Positions 20,710-30,683 of a stretch of 64,000 nt of DNA are shown here, piece by piece; within the stretch, counting starts at the first letter, position 1, and the number at the start of each line of letters is the position of its first letter. This stretch comes from an uncultured Actinomycetota bacterium (GTDB taxonomy: Bacteria; Actinomycetota; UBA4738; HRBIN12), in the NCBI GenBank assembly GCA_963784055.1, contig CAWAPY010000011.1, forward strand, positions 276,069 to 340,068, in the 5' to 3' direction. The translations under genes were made by a program, and so were the position numbers. Below the pieces are notes generated by a model. The model made no database searches. It saw nothing but the letters and a program-made list of their open reading frames with translations, and was not told the DNA's origin.

Positions 20710-21540
20710 TCAGCGGCCGGCGCGGCGCTTCAGCTCCGCGAAGGTCTCCGGATCGGTCCGCTCTTCGCCCATCCGGTACCCGTAGCGCTCGCCATGGCAG
20801 TCCGACGACGAGGTCGGGACCAGGCTCAGCCGCTCCGCGATCGCCGCGTACCTCGCTCGCATCTCGTCGTCGTGGTCCGGATGGAACACCTCGAGGCCGA
20901 CCATGCCGCCCTCGGCCATCTCCTCGATCAACAGGTCGGGGACGGTGTCCGTCCCGCGCCACATCCCCGGATGCGCGAGCACGCATACCCCGCCCGCGCC
21001 GCCGATCAGCCGCAGGGCGTCCGCGGGCTGCAGCGCGTGCTTCGGCACGTACGCGAGCCCGTCGTCGGAGATGTAGCGATCGAAGGCCTCCTTCTCGTCC
21101 GCCACGATCCCGGCCTCCACCATCGCCTCGGCGATGTGTGGCCGGGCGATCGCTCCCCCGCCGGCGAGCTCCAGCACGCGCTCGACCGTGATGTCGAAGC
21201 CCAGCTCGCGCAGCTTCTCGACGATCATCTCGCCGCGGCGGAGGCGTGTCGCCGTGAGCCGGAGAAGCTCGGCCTCGATCGCGGGATCGTCCGGATCGAC
21301 CCAGTACCCGAGGATGTGGAGGCTCGCGCCCTCGTACTCCGCCGAGAACTCGATGCCCGGGACGAGCTCGAGCCCGATCTCGTCCGCGGTCGCGGTGGCT
21401 TCTGCGAGACCCTCGAACGTGTCGTGATCGGTGAGCGCGACGCCCGCGAGGTCCTTCGCCCGCGCGAGGTGCACCACCTCGGCGGGAGCGAGGGTCCCGT
21501 CGGAGCGGTTCGAGTGACTGTGGAGGTCGTATCCGGGCAT
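20710..21540 (-). CDS. PHP-domain phosphoesterase (TrpH/YciV-like)
   Basis: Track ORF, 276 aa. Motifs: YDLHSHSNRSDG, LTDHDT, GIEFS, LAHP, SDCHG. Confidence 0.85.
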   Translation of the reverse strand: MPGYDLHSHSNRSDGTLAPAEVVHLARAKDLAGVALTDHDTFEGLAEATATADEIGLELVPGIEFSAEYEGASLHILGYWVDPDDPAIEAELLRLTATRLRRGEMIVEKLRELGFDITVERVLELAGGGAIARPHIAEAMVEAGIVADEKEAFDRYISDDGLAYVPKHALQPADALRLIGGAGGVCVLAHPGMWRGTDTVPDLLIEEMAEGGMVGLEVFHPDHDDEMRARYAAIAERLSLVPTSSSDCHGERYGYRMGEERTDPETFAELKRRAGR

Positions 21541-21588
21541 CGCCGAGAGCGTGTCAGACGGCCGGCGCGGCCGTCCATGGCGGAGCCG

Positions 21589-22612
21589 TCAGGGGGCCGG
21601 CGCGACCAGCTCCCGGCCGATCTCGGCGACCGAGCGACATCCGGAGAGCGCCATCGCGTTCTCGAACTCGGCCCGCAGGATCTCCGAGCACTCCCGCGAC
21701 GCCGGCCTCACCCTCCGCGGCGAGGCCCCATACGACCGGCCGACCGACGAGGACCGCCGCGGCGCCCAGGGCGATGGCCTTCACGACGTCCGCCCCCCGG
21801 CGCACACCGCCGTCCATCAGGACGGGGATGCGCCCGGCGACGGCATCGACCACCTCGGGGAGCGCGTCCAGCGGCGCCGGACACGGATCCAGCTGCCGCC
21901 CGCCGTGGTTCGACACCACGATCGCGTCGACCTCGTGCTCGACGGCGAGCGTCGCGTCCTCGGCGGTCAGGATCCCCTTCACGAGCACCGGCAGACCGGG
22001 CGCGTGCTCGCGCACGAACAGTAGGTGCTCCCACGTCAGGTTCGGTTCGTAGGCGTAGTCCGAATCCCCCAGACCCATCGGCATCACGAACCCGCTCCGG
22101 GTGTCGCGATGACGGAGCCCCGCGACCGGGAAGTCGACCGTCCAGCAGATCGCTCGATACCCCGACGACACGACACGCGCGAGCATGTTTTCGGAGAGGC
22201 TCGGCTCCGCGAACAGGTATAGCTGCCACCATTTCGGCGCATCGCTCGCGGCCGCGATGCCCTCGACATCGTCGACGGCCGTGGAGGACACCACGGCGAT
22301 CGTCCCGGCTGTCGCCGCGCCGCGGACCGTGCCCCGTTCTCCGTCGGGATGCGCCCGACCCTGATACGCCCACGGCGCCACGAGGACGGGGGAGGTGATG
22401 GGTGTTCCGAGGATCTCGGTCGACGTATCCGGCGCTCCCGACCCGCGGAGGACCCGTGGCCTGATCACCCACCGATCGAACGCGCGCAGGTTCTCCTCGA
22501 GAGCGCGCTCGTCCCCGGCACCTCCGGCGTAGTAGTCGTAGACGTCGGCGTCCAGCTTCGCCTTCGCGACGGGCTCGTAGTCGTCGACCTGCAGGTACCG
22601 CGGGGCGGGCAT
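21589..22612 (-). pseudogene. FMN-dependent alpha-hydroxy-acid dehydrogenase/oxidase (LldD/glycolate oxidase family), one frame break near the 3' end
   Basis: Met 343 of track ORF 21554..23638 gives MPAPRYLQVDDYEPVAKAKLDADVYDYYAGGAGDE...VSNHGGRQLD...DGGVRRGADVVKAIALGA. Deleting one g in ctcggagat (about 21685) gives ...GVAGVLEILRAEFENAMALSGCRSVAEIGRELVAPAP, with stop at 21589-21591. Confidence 0.85.
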
Positions 22613-22669
22613 ATGCGCGAAGGGTAGCCGACATGGCGAGCCCGGCCGGCCCGCGGCTATCGTGAGCGC

Positions 22670-23662
22670 GTGGCTCGGGTGACGGTGTTCGGCGCAGGCG
22701 CCATGGGCACGGCGTTCGCGATGCACGCGGCCCGGGCGGGCCTGCCCACCTCGCTCTGGGCGAACGAGCACGACCTCGCCGCCTACGCGGCGATGCGTGA
22801 CGAACGGAAGCATCCCCTGCTCACGGAGCATCTGCCCGACGGCGTCGATCTCCTCGGCCCGAACGAGCTCGAGGCCGCCTCCCGCGACGTGGAGATCGCC
22901 GTGCTGGCGGCGAACTCGGCGGGGGCTCGATCCCTCGCCGCGATGGTGCGGGATCACGTCACGGGCGCGCGGGTGGCCGTGTCCGTCGCCAAGGGCCTCG
23001 AGCCGTCCTCCGGCAAGCGTATGAGCGAGGTCTACGGAGAGGAGATCGCCGGCGCGGACGTGGTCGTCGTGGGCGGCCCGTGTCTCGCGCGCGAGCTCGC
23101 CGAGGGCCTGCCCACGGCCGCGATCTGGGCTGCCGGGGACGTCTCCGTCGCGGAGGAGTCGGGCAAGCCGTTCGACGACCAGCGCTACCAGCTGTCGTAC
23201 ACCGACGACGTGATCGGCGTGGAGCTCTGCTCGATGATGAAGAACGTCGCCGCGATCGGGCTCGGCCTCCTCGATGGACTCGGCAAGAGCACGGGCATCG
23301 GCTACCAGAACGCGAAGGCCGCGCTCTTCACGAGGGCCGCCCGCGAGATCGTGATGCTCGTGACCGCCCTCGGCGGCAGGTCCGAGACGGCGATGGGTCT
23401 CGCCGGGATCGGCGACCAGCTCGTGACGAGCCTCGGCGGTCGCAACCGTCTCTACGGTGAGCTCGTGGGCACCGGGGATCCCCCGGAGGACACGCTCCGC
23501 GAGCTGGAAGCCGGAGGGCTCACGGTCGAGGGCGTCGAGTCCACGCGCCACGTCCGCCGGCTCGCGTCGGAAGCGGCGCTCGATCTGCCCTACCACGAAG
23601 CGATCCACCGGGTGCTCTTCGAGGGTGCCCGGCCCCACGACGTCTTGGAGGTGCTCCGATGA
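22670..23662 (+). CDS. gpsA: NAD(P)H-dependent glycerol-3-phosphate dehydrogenase
   Basis: Track ORF, 330 aa. Motifs: [39 protein letters not shown]. Confidence 0.85.
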   Translation: MARVTVFGAGAMGTAFAMHAARAGLPTSLWANEHDLAAYAAMRDERKHPLLTEHLPDGVDLLGPNELEAASRDVEIAVLAANSAGARSLAAMVRDHVTGARVAVSVAKGLEPSSGKRMSEVYGEEIAGADVVVVGGPCLARELAEGLPTAAIWAAGDVSVAEESGKPFDDQRYQLSYTDDVIGVELCSMMKNVAAIGLGLLDGLGKSTGIGYQNAKAALFTRAAREIVMLVTALGGRSETAMGLAGIGDQLVTSLGGRNRLYGELVGTGDPPEDTLRELEAGGLTVEGVESTRHVRRLASEAALDLPYHEAIHRVLFEGARPHDVLEVLR

Positions 23663-24654
23663 CGAACCGGATGCGACCCGACCGCAACCTCGCGATGGAG
23701 CTCGGACGCGTCACCGAGGCCGCGGCGCTCGCGGCCGGCAGCTGGATCGGTCGCGGCGACAAGATCGGCGCCGACCAGGCGGCCGTGGACGCGATGCGGT
23801 TCATGATCGACTCCGTGTCGATGGACGGCGTCGTCGTGATCGGCGAGGGCGAGAAGGACGAGGCGCCGATGCTCTACAACGGCGAGTCGGTCGGGAACGG
23901 ATCCGGACCCGCCGTCGACGTCGCGGTCGATCCGATCGACGGCACCCGCCTGACCGCGACGGGGCAGCCGAACGCGGTCTCCGTGATCGCGTTGGCCGAA
24001 CGCGGGACGATGTTCTTCCCCGACGTGGCCGTATACATGGAGAAGGTCGCCACCGGCCCGGAGGCCGCGGACGTGATCGACGTGACCGCACCGCCGGAGG
24101 AGAACGTCCGGCAGGTGGCGAAGGCGAAGGGGATGAAGATCGAGGAGGTGTCCGTCATGATCCTCGATCGGCCCCGCCACGAGGCGATCATCGACGCGGT
24201 CCGCGAGGTCGGCGCGCGCGTCTTCCTGATCACGGACGGCGACGTTGCCGGGGCCATCGCCGCGGCGGCCCCTCGCACCGGTGTCGACCTTTTGATCGGG
24301 ATCGGGGGTACGCCGGAGGGCGTCGTGGCCGCGGCGGCCCTGATATGCATGGGTGGCGCGATCCACGGACGGCTCGCACCCAGGAACGACGAGGAGCGTG
24401 CGCAGCTCGAGGCCGCTGGCCTCGATCCGAACCGGCTCCTCACGACCGAGGATCTCGTCTCCGGCAAGGATGTGTTCTTCGCCGCGACGGGCATCACGGA
24501 TGGCTCCCTGCTGCGCGGCGTGCGGTATTGGCCCGACGGCGCAACCACCTATTCGCTCGTGATGCGCTCGCGTTCCGGGACCGTCCGTTGGGTCGAAGCG
24601 GAGCATCGGTTCGAGAAACTCGAGGGGATTTCCGGCGTGGACTACAGCCGGTAG
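23659..24654 (+). CDS. glpX: class II fructose-1,6-bisphosphatase
   Basis: Track ORF, 331 aa. Motifs: [58 protein letters not shown]. The start overlaps the gpsA stop (ATGA). Confidence 0.92.
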   Translation: MTNRMRPDRNLAMELGRVTEAAALAAGSWIGRGDKIGADQAAVDAMRFMIDSVSMDGVVVIGEGEKDEAPMLYNGESVGNGSGPAVDVAVDPIDGTRLTATGQPNAVSVIALAERGTMFFPDVAVYMEKVATGPEAADVIDVTAPPEENVRQVAKAKGMKIEEVSVMILDRPRHEAIIDAVREVGARVFLITDGDVAGAIAAAAPRTGVDLLIGIGGTPEGVVAAAALICMGGAIHGRLAPRNDEERAQLEAAGLDPNRLLTTEDLVSGKDVFFAATGITDGSLLRGVRYWPDGATTYSLVMRSRSGTVRWVEAEHRFEKLEGISGVDYSR

Positions 24655-24718
24655 AGCCATCTCCTCGGGAACGCTCCGGGTTTCGACTATCCTGGGGTCT
24701 CGAACGAGAGGAGCCCCG

Positions 24719-25030
24719 ATGGCCGAGAAAACGATCGTCGTCTGCGATGTGTGCGGCAAGCCAGCGACCGAGACCGTCACGATCAAGGTGGCGCGAGGCA
24801 ACTACGCGAAGGATCTCTGCGCGGCCCATGTGACGGAGCTCGTCGCGGGGGCGCGTCGACCGCGTCCCGGACGTCCGCGCAAGATGGCCGGCGAGGCATC
24901 CGCCGCCACACCGAAGCGTCGCGGTCGCCCACGGAAGGCGGGCGGGCGGAAGAGCACCGGACGCACGCGCACCGCGACCCGGAGGAAGGCTCAGGCCTCC
25001 GGGGCGGCCGCGCGCTCGGCCAAGAAGTAG
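24719..25030 (+). CDS. small basic DNA-binding protein: CxxC...CxxH / Lsr2-N-like head plus tail with two AT-hook (GRP) cores
   Basis: Track ORF, 103 aa: MAEKTIVVCDVCGKPATETVTIKVARGNYAKDLCAAHVTELVAGARRPRPGRPRKMAGEASAATPKRRGRPRKAGGRKSTGRTRTATRRK. The head aligns loosely with the Lsr2 dimerisation segment (MA.K..V..D..G..A.ETV...G..Y..DL). RPGRPRK and RRGRPRK match the AT-hook core. Confidence 0.5.
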   Translation: MAEKTIVVCDVCGKPATETVTIKVARGNYAKDLCAAHVTELVAGARRPRPGRPRKMAGEASAATPKRRGRPRKAGGRKSTGRTRTATRRKAQASGAAARSAKK

Positions 25031-25224
25031 ACGCCCTTCGCCTCCTTCGCTACCACCCCTTCGCGAAGCAGCGCACGTAGCGTCGTCTGCACCTTCCTGC
25101 GGACGTCGGGATGCGCGAAGGGATCCAGGTAGCCACGGCGCAGCGCGAGGTCCTGGATCCGGGTCCAGTGCAGGGGCGCCGGCTCCTCCGTGAGGACGGC
25201 GAGGACGGCGGCCCGCGGCTCCAT
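24991..25224 (-). CDS. small winged-helix (HARE-HTH/Mrr_N-like) protein
   Basis: Track ORF 24991..25308 trimmed to Met 29: MEPRAAVLAVLTEEPAPLHWTRIQDLALRRGYLDPFAHPDVRRKVQTTLRALLREGVVAKEAKGVYFL. The start overlaps the LLM gene stop. The 3' end overlaps the convergent gene by 40 nt. Confidence 0.45.
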   Translation of the reverse strand: MEPRAAVLAVLTEEPAPLHWTRIQDLALRRGYLDPFAHPDVRRKVQTTLRALLREGVVAKEAKGVYFLAERAAAPEA

Positions 25225-26222
25225 CACGCGCGCCGTGTCGCCGCGATCACGCGCTCGGCGAACAGTTCGACCTGATCGGGCTGGTGGATCGCGAACGGGA
25301 GGACCCACGGCGACACGATGAGCTCGCGCACGCCGAGTGCCTCGAACGCGGCGACGCGCTCGATGATCTGCTCCGGCGTTCCCGAGAGGGTGTCGGCCCG
25401 CCAGGACCCGTAGTCGTCAGATGCCATCGCGTCCCCTGGTGCGGCGGCGCGGGCGCGCTCGAACGCGGCGTACGCCGACGCCTCGTCCTCCCCGATCAGG
25501 GAATACAGGCCCACCGACAGACCGAACGCCGCGGGATCGCGGCCGGCCGCGTCGCAGGCCGCCCGGACATCGGACACCTTGTCGGCGTACGCCTCGGGCG
25601 CCACGCGCCACACCATGTTCCACCCGTCGGCGAGGCGAGCCGCCAGCCGCAGCAGCCGAGGGCCGCCCTTGCCACCCACCCAGACCGCGGGAGCGCGTTC
25701 CGGCGCCGGCGCGAGGACGGCATCGCGGAGCGTCACGGTCGGACCGTCGACGGTGACCGGGTCGCCGCGGAAGAGTCGGCGGACCACGTCGAGGGACTCC
25801 TCCAGCACTTCGAAGCGCTCCCCCGCCGTGCCGAACCGGTACCCGAACGCGTCGAACTCCTCCCGCATCCAGCCGGCCCCGAGGCCGAGGTCGAGCCGGC
25901 CGTCGGAGAGCAGGTCGATCGATGCGGCGATCCTCGCCAGGAGCGCCGGGTGCCGGAACGCGCTGCACAGGACGAGGGTCCCGAGCCGGACCCGCTGCGT
26001 GACGCCGGCGATGCCGGCGAGGGTCGTGAGCGGCTCGAGCGACGCGATCGGCGCGGGATCCGCGCCGTACCTCGCGAACGAGTAGAAGAAGTGATCGGAC
26101 ACCCAGACCGAGTCGAACCCCAGGTCCTCCGCCCGGCGGGCCCATCCGGCCGCGTCGGCGAACGAGATCTCGCCGGACGGTAGCGAGAACCCGTAGTGCG
26201 GCAGGCTCAGCCCGAAGCGCAT
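25224..26222 (-). CDS. LLM-class (luciferase-like) F420-dependent oxidoreductase
   Basis: Track ORF, 332 aa: MRFGLSLPHYGF...GFDSVWVSDHF...RVRLGTLVLCSAFRHPALLA...LDLGLGAGW...GTPEQIIERV. Confidence 0.85.
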   Translation of the reverse strand: MRFGLSLPHYGFSLPSGEISFADAAGWARRAEDLGFDSVWVSDHFFYSFARYGADPAPIASLEPLTTLAGIAGVTQRVRLGTLVLCSAFRHPALLARIAASIDLLSDGRLDLGLGAGWMREEFDAFGYRFGTAGERFEVLEESLDVVRRLFRGDPVTVDGPTVTLRDAVLAPAPERAPAVWVGGKGGPRLLRLAARLADGWNMVWRVAPEAYADKVSDVRAACDAAGRDPAAFGLSVGLYSLIGEDEASAYAAFERARAAAPGDAMASDDYGSWRADTLSGTPEQIIERVAAFEALGVRELIVSPWVLPFAIHQPDQVELFAERVIAATRRA

Positions 26223-26252
26223 ACGCCGAGGATAGTCAGGCGCCGAGGATCG

Positions 26253-27035
26253 TCAGGCAGTGGGCTCGTAGACGCTCAGCGTGCCGCGCAGCAGGACCCG
26301 GCCGCGCGCATCGCGGACCACGACGGTGCTCACATCGGTCAGATCCTCGCTGAAGGTGGCGAAGTCCCCACCTCCCCCGGCCTGATCGAGCGTTCCGATC
26401 TCACCCAAGACGAGCTGACGGAACCCGTCGGTCACGAGCTGGACCCGCAGCGGCAGCTGCCCAGGACGCAGGCCGGTCAGCCCATCGACCAGGACGAACG
26501 CGAGGTCGTCGCCAGAAGGGGACAGCAGCACGAGCGCATCGCCCCGGCCCCCCAGCAAGCGAGGCGAGAGCAGCGTCGACACCTCGACGATGGCCTCGGG
26601 ATCGAGCCCGGGGAGGTTCGCGAACACTTCTTGGAACCTGACGACGGCCTCCCGTTGCTGCTCCCGAGCGGCGTCGGCCCGCGCCTCAGCGCGCTCCGCG
26701 CGACCCGCCATGACCGCCCCCCAGCCGAGACCCGAGAGCGCGAGCGTCGCGGCGAGCACGCCCGCCGCGGCGACGCGGCTCCGCCGCGGCGCCGAGGCCC
26801 GCCGCCGCCCTGCCGCGCTCCGCACCGCCCCGACCACCCGTTCCTCGAGGTCGGCCGGTGGCTCGACCGGCGCCACGCTGTAGGCCAGCGTGGCCGCGGC
26901 TCGCTGCAGCTCCGCAGCTTCCTTCCGGCAGGCGGCGCACCACTCCAGATGGCGATCGACGACGGTTCGCTCGGCCTGGGGCAGGAGACCGAGCGTCTGC
27001 TCGGCGAGCCGCTCGCGAACGCTCAGACAGTTCAC
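26253..27035 (-). CDS. zf-HC2 anti-sigma factor, single TM
   Basis: Track ORF, 260 aa. N-terminal HLEWCAACRKE (H-x3-C-x2-C), TM helix VAAAGVLAATLALSGLGWGAV, then an extracytoplasmic domain. The start overlaps the sigma stop by 4 nt. Confidence 0.8.
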   Translation of the reverse strand: MNCLSVRERLAEQTLGLLPQAERTVVDRHLEWCAACRKEAAELQRAAATLAYSVAPVEPPADLEERVVGAVRSAAGRRRASAPRRSRVAAAGVLAATLALSGLGWGAVMAGRAERAEARADAAREQQREAVVRFQEVFANLPGLDPEAIVEVSTLLSPRLLGGRGDALVLLSPSGDDLAFVLVDGLTGLRPGQLPLRVQLVTDGFRQLVLGEIGTLDQAGGGGDFATFSEDLTDVSTVVVRDARGRVLLRGTLSVYEPTA

Positions 27036-27604
27036 ACGTACTCCTTGCCCTCGTTCGCGCGCCGCACCTTGATCATCGCGGTGCGGAGACGGGTCTTCAC
27101 GGTCCCGAGGGGCGTCCCGTCGGCCTCGGAGATCTCGCGAGCGGTCAGGCCTCGGAAATACGCTCGGGTCAACAGCCGGCGCTCCGCCTCCGTCAGCGAC
27201 GCCAATGCTCGCGTCGCCGCGTCACGCTCCTCGACCACATCCTCCTCGTTGTCGCCGGGGACGTCCGGAACCTCGTCGACCAACACGAGCGTCGGTCGAC
27301 GGGCGCCGGTCTCTCGGCGCAGGCGGTCCACGGCGAGGTTGTGCGCGATCGTCATGAGCCAGGTCGAGAGGCGTCCTCGCGCCGGGTCGAATCGCGCCGC
27401 CTTCCGCCAGGCGGTGAGGAAGACGTCCTGGGCGAGCTCTTCGGCCGCCTCACGGGATCCGAGCAGGCGCATGCCGAGCGAGAACACGGGCCGGCCGAAC
27501 CTCGCGTAGAGGGCGCGGATCGCATCGTCGTCACCGGTGAGGAGTCCTTCCATCAGCTGCTCCTCCTCCCGGGGGAGGAGCGGGCCTTCGTGCCGAGCGT
27601 CCAC
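27032..27604 (-). CDS. ECF-type RNA polymerase sigma factor
   Basis: Track ORF, 190 aa. Region 2 AEELAQDVFLTAWRKAARFDP...WLMTIAHNLAVDRLR; region 4 LTEAERRLLTRAYFRGLTAREISEADGTPLGTVKTRLRTAM. Met 18 (27553) is an alternative start. Confidence 0.9.
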   Translation of the reverse strand: MDARHEGPLLPREEEQLMEGLLTGDDDAIRALYARFGRPVFSLGMRLLGSREAAEELAQDVFLTAWRKAARFDPARGRLSTWLMTIAHNLAVDRLRRETGARRPTLVLVDEVPDVPGDNEEDVVEERDAATRALASLTEAERRLLTRAYFRGLTAREISEADGTPLGTVKTRLRTAMIKVRRANEGKEYV

Positions 27605-27780
27605 TCGGGTTCCTCTCGGTATACGGAGCCGTGGGTCAGCGAAGCTTGCAGTGCCTTGCCCTCGATGTTCCCACGGTTGCGCCGAGAGGGGAACCGCCCG
27701 GCCGACCGCGAGGACCGCCCGAACCGCGCGGGGTAGGCTGGCGCATCACAGGAAACGACAGCCGCGCAGGAGCGCCGACG

Positions 27781-29145
27781 GTGATCGAGAGGTCGAGGAC
27801 CGCCCGAACGCTGGCCGGCGGCGTGCTCCTCGCCTCCGGGTTCCTCTCCGGGCTCCTCCCGGGCCTCGGTTCCGCTGCATCGGCACAGCCCACATCCGAC
27901 ACGGTGACCCACCTCTCCTTGGAGGGCGTCGTCGACCCCTTCGTCGCGGACTACCTGCGCGAAGGCATCGAGGGCGCGGACGAGGCGGCCGCGGTGCTCC
28001 TCACGATCGACACGCCGGGCGGTCTCAGCTCCTCGACGCAGGAGATCGTCAAGGCGATCGAGGCGTCGACGATCCCCGTGATCTGCTACGTCACGCCGGA
28101 AGGCGCCAGAGCCGCGTCGGCGGGTGCCTTCATCCTGATGGCCTGCAACGTGGCCGCGATGGCGCCCGCCACCAACGTCGGGGCATCCACGCCGGTCGGG
28201 ATCGGCGGGGTGACGCTCGCTCGGAAGGTCGAGCAGGACGCGGAGGCGACGATGCGGAAGCTCGCCCAGCAGCGTGGTCGCAACGCGGATCTCGCCGCCA
28301 CGTTCGTCACGGAGTCGGAGAGCATCACCGCGCAAGAAGCACTCGACGGCGACATCATCGATCTGATCGCGAACTCGGAGGGCGAGCTACTCGACCGTGT
28401 CGACGGCATGGAGGTCGGCGTCGCCGACGGTGTGAGGGCCACCGTGCACACCGCTGGCGCGACCGTCGACGTCGTCAACATGACGCCCGGCGTCGGGTTC
28501 CTCCACGCGCTGTTCGACCCGAACCTCGCCTTCATCTTCTTCTGGCTCGGCCTGGCCCTGATCGTGCTCGAGCTGATCGTGCCCGGGCACATCTTCAGCG
28601 GCACGCTCGGAACGATCATGCTGCTGACCTCGATCGCCTCCTTCGGGCTCCTGCCGGTGCGGCTGATCGGGATCGCCTTGCTGGTCGCGTCCGTGGTCTT
28701 CTTCGTGGTCGAGTTGAAGGTGCCGGGTCTCGGGATCTGGTCGATCGCGGGGATCGGGTCCCTCGTCCTCGGCGGCCTCGTCCTGTTCGATCCCGCCGGG
28801 GGCGTCCGCGTCTCGCCGTTCGCGATCGCGCCGGTGGCGGTATTCATGGCGCTGTTCTTCGGTTTCGTGGTGGCGAGGGTGCTCACGATGCGCCATCTGC
28901 CTCCCGCGATGGGCCCGCAATCGGTGGTCGGGCGCGAGGGTGTTGTGCTCGCGGGCGGTCTCGATCCGGACGGCAACGTTCGCGTGGCCGCAGAGGAGTG
29001 GCGGGCGATCGCACCCCGCCCCCTGGAGCCCGGGACGAAGGTCCGCGTCACGAAACTCGACGGACTCGTGCTCACCGTCGAGCCGCTCGACCTCGAGCAC
29101 GCGCAGACCGGCGGCGTGGCGCCGGCTCAGGGAGGGAACCACTGA
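27781..29145 (+). CDS. NfeD-family membrane-bound ClpP-class serine protease
   Basis: Track ORF 27631..29145, with start taken at GTG 27781 in front of the signal/TM segment (TLAGGVLLASGFLSGLLPGLGSAASA). ClpP-like domain LLTIDTPGGLSSSTQEIV...ASAGAFILMACNVAAMAPATNVGA, several TM helices, and a C-terminal OB-fold (VVGREGVVLAG...VRVAAEEWRA...GTKVRVTKLDGLVLTV). Confidence 0.85.
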   Translation: MIERSRTARTLAGGVLLASGFLSGLLPGLGSAASAQPTSDTVTHLSLEGVVDPFVADYLREGIEGADEAAAVLLTIDTPGGLSSSTQEIVKAIEASTIPVICYVTPEGARAASAGAFILMACNVAAMAPATNVGASTPVGIGGVTLARKVEQDAEATMRKLAQQRGRNADLAATFVTESESITAQEALDGDIIDLIANSEGELLDRVDGMEVGVADGVRATVHTAGATVDVVNMTPGVGFLHALFDPNLAFIFFWLGLALIVLELIVPGHIFSGTLGTIMLLTSIASFGLLPVRLIGIALLVASVVFFVVELKVPGLGIWSIAGIGSLVLGGLVLFDPAGGVRVSPFAIAPVAVFMALFFGFVVARVLTMRHLPPAMGPQSVVGREGVVLAGGLDPDGNVRVAAEEWRAIAPRPLEPGTKVRVTKLDGLVLTVEPLDLEHAQTGGVAPAQGGNH

Positions 29146-30071
29146 TGGACTTCACGGATCCCGTCTTCATCGGCGTCGCGGTCGTCGTGTTCCTGTTGAT
29201 CCTCTTCCTCGCGAACGCGGTCCGCATCGTCCCCGAGTTCCAGCGGCTGGTCGTCTTCCGGTTGGGCCGCCTGATCGGAGTCAAGGGGCCTGGCCTCGTC
29301 CTGCTCATCCCGATCGTCGACAAGGGCGTCAAGGTCGATCTGCGGGAGTTCTACCTGGAGATCCCGAGACAGGACTCGATCACGAGGGACAACGCGCCGA
29401 TCGCGGTGGACTTCATCACGTTCTACAAGGTCGTCGACCCCTCGATGAGTGTCGTGCAGGTGGGCAACTTCGCCGGTGCGGCGCAAGCGCTCGCCTCCAC
29501 CACGCTTCGTGCGGTGATCGGTGACATCCCGCTGGACGACGTGCTCGCGAAGCGGGACGAGATCAACCAGATCCTGCGTGTGAAGCTCGACGAGGTGACC
29601 GAGCGCTGGGGCGTGAAGGTTACGAACGTCGAGATCCGCGAGATCATCCCGCCTCCGGGCGTGCAAGAGGCGATGACGCGACAGATGTCCGCCGAGCGTT
29701 CCCGCCGCGCGATCGTCCTGGAGGCCGACGGCACCAAGTCGGCCGCGATCACGGTGGCCGAGGGCAACAAGGCGTCCGCGATCTTGAACGCCGAGGGTAG
29801 CAAGGCGTCGGCGATCCTCACGGCCGAAGGCGAGCGACAGGCGGCGATCCTCCGCGCGGAGGGCTTCGCGCTTGCCCTGAAGACGATCAACGACCAGGCG
29901 ATGACCGCAGACCAGAAGACGATGAGCCTGCAGTACCTCGACGCGCTCAAGCAGATCGGCGGCTCGCCGTCGTCCAAGATCGTTGTGCCCATGGAGCTCT
30001 CGGGCCTCGTCGCCGGCCTCGTCGCGGTCGCCGACCAGGCGAAGGGCAACGGGAGGGCCGCGGCCGAGTAG
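29145..30071 (+). CDS. SPFH/band-7 (stomatin-like) protein
   Basis: In-frame tail of track ORF 27537..30071: MDFTDPVFIGVAVVVFLLILFLANAVRIVPEFQRLVVFRLGRLIGVKGPGLVLLIPIVDK...TRDNAPIAVDFITFYKV...LRAVIGDIPLDDVL...VEIREIIPP...ILRAEG. The ATG overlaps the nfeD stop (TGATG). Confidence 0.92.
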   Translation: MDFTDPVFIGVAVVVFLLILFLANAVRIVPEFQRLVVFRLGRLIGVKGPGLVLLIPIVDKGVKVDLREFYLEIPRQDSITRDNAPIAVDFITFYKVVDPSMSVVQVGNFAGAAQALASTTLRAVIGDIPLDDVLAKRDEINQILRVKLDEVTERWGVKVTNVEIREIIPPPGVQEAMTRQMSAERSRRAIVLEADGTKSAAITVAEGNKASAILNAEGSKASAILTAEGERQAAILRAEGFALALKTINDQAMTADQKTMSLQYLDALKQIGGSPSSKIVVPMELSGLVAGLVAVADQAKGNGRAAAE

Positions 30072-30110
30072 AGACCGGGAACCGGTGGCCCTTCGCCGGT
30101 GTAGGCAGAC

Positions 30111-30683
30111 GTGAAGGGAAAGGCTCCCGTGGAGGGCCGACCACTGGAGGACGTCGAGCTCGCACGGCGAGCCCGCGAGGGCGACGACGCTGCGTACGAA
30201 GACCTGGTGAAGCGGTACGGGCAGATCGCCTTCCGTGTCGCCTGGCTCGTCACGCGCGATCGCGGTGAGGCGGAGGACGCAGCCCAGGAGGCGTTCGTGA
30301 AGGCCTATTACGCGCTCCCCCGGTTCCGGCCGGACTCCCCGTTCCGGCCGTGGCTGCTGAAGATCGTCGCGAACGAGGCGCGGAACCGCGCGCGGTCCAC
30401 GCGCCGTCGCCAGGGCCTGGCCCTGCGTGCGGCCGCGGTCTCCGACGGGGACGCGGCCCCGTCCCCGGAGACCGCGGCACTGGCCGTCGCCGACCGGGAG
30501 ACGCTCGTCGCTGCTCTGAACGCCCTCCGCCTCCCGGACCGGGAAGTGATCGGCTACCGGTTCCTCCTCGGGCTGTCGGAGAGCGAGACGGCCGAAGTGC
30601 TCGGTGTGCGCCAGGGGACCGCCAAGTCCCGCCTCTCCCGGGCGATGGCTCGCCTGCGCGCGACGTTGGAGGACCCGACATGA
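30111..30683 (+). CDS. ECF-type RNA polymerase sigma factor
   Basis: Track ORF, 190 aa (GTG start). Region 2 AEDAAQEAFVKAYYALPRFRP...WLLKIVANEARNRAR; region 4 LPDREVIGYRFLLGLSESETAEVLGVRQGTAKSRLSRAM. Begins 39 nt after the SPFH stop. Confidence 0.9.
   Translation: MKGKAPVEGRPLEDVELARRAREGDDAAYEDLVKRYGQIAFRVAWLVTRDRGEAEDAAQEAFVKAYYALPRFRPDSPFRPWLLKIVANEARNRARSTRRRQGLALRAAAVSDGDAAPSPETAALAVADRETLVAALNALRLPDREVIGYRFLLGLSESETAEVLGVRQGTAKSRLSRAMARLRATLEDPT

Noticed and set aside
27605-27780. ECF-type promoter (GGAAC...CGT) for nfeD or the divergent sigma
   Set aside because: GGAAC occurs at 27690-27694 and GAACC at 27721-27725, but I found no properly spaced CGT(C/T) -10 element. The evidence is not strong enough to annotate.
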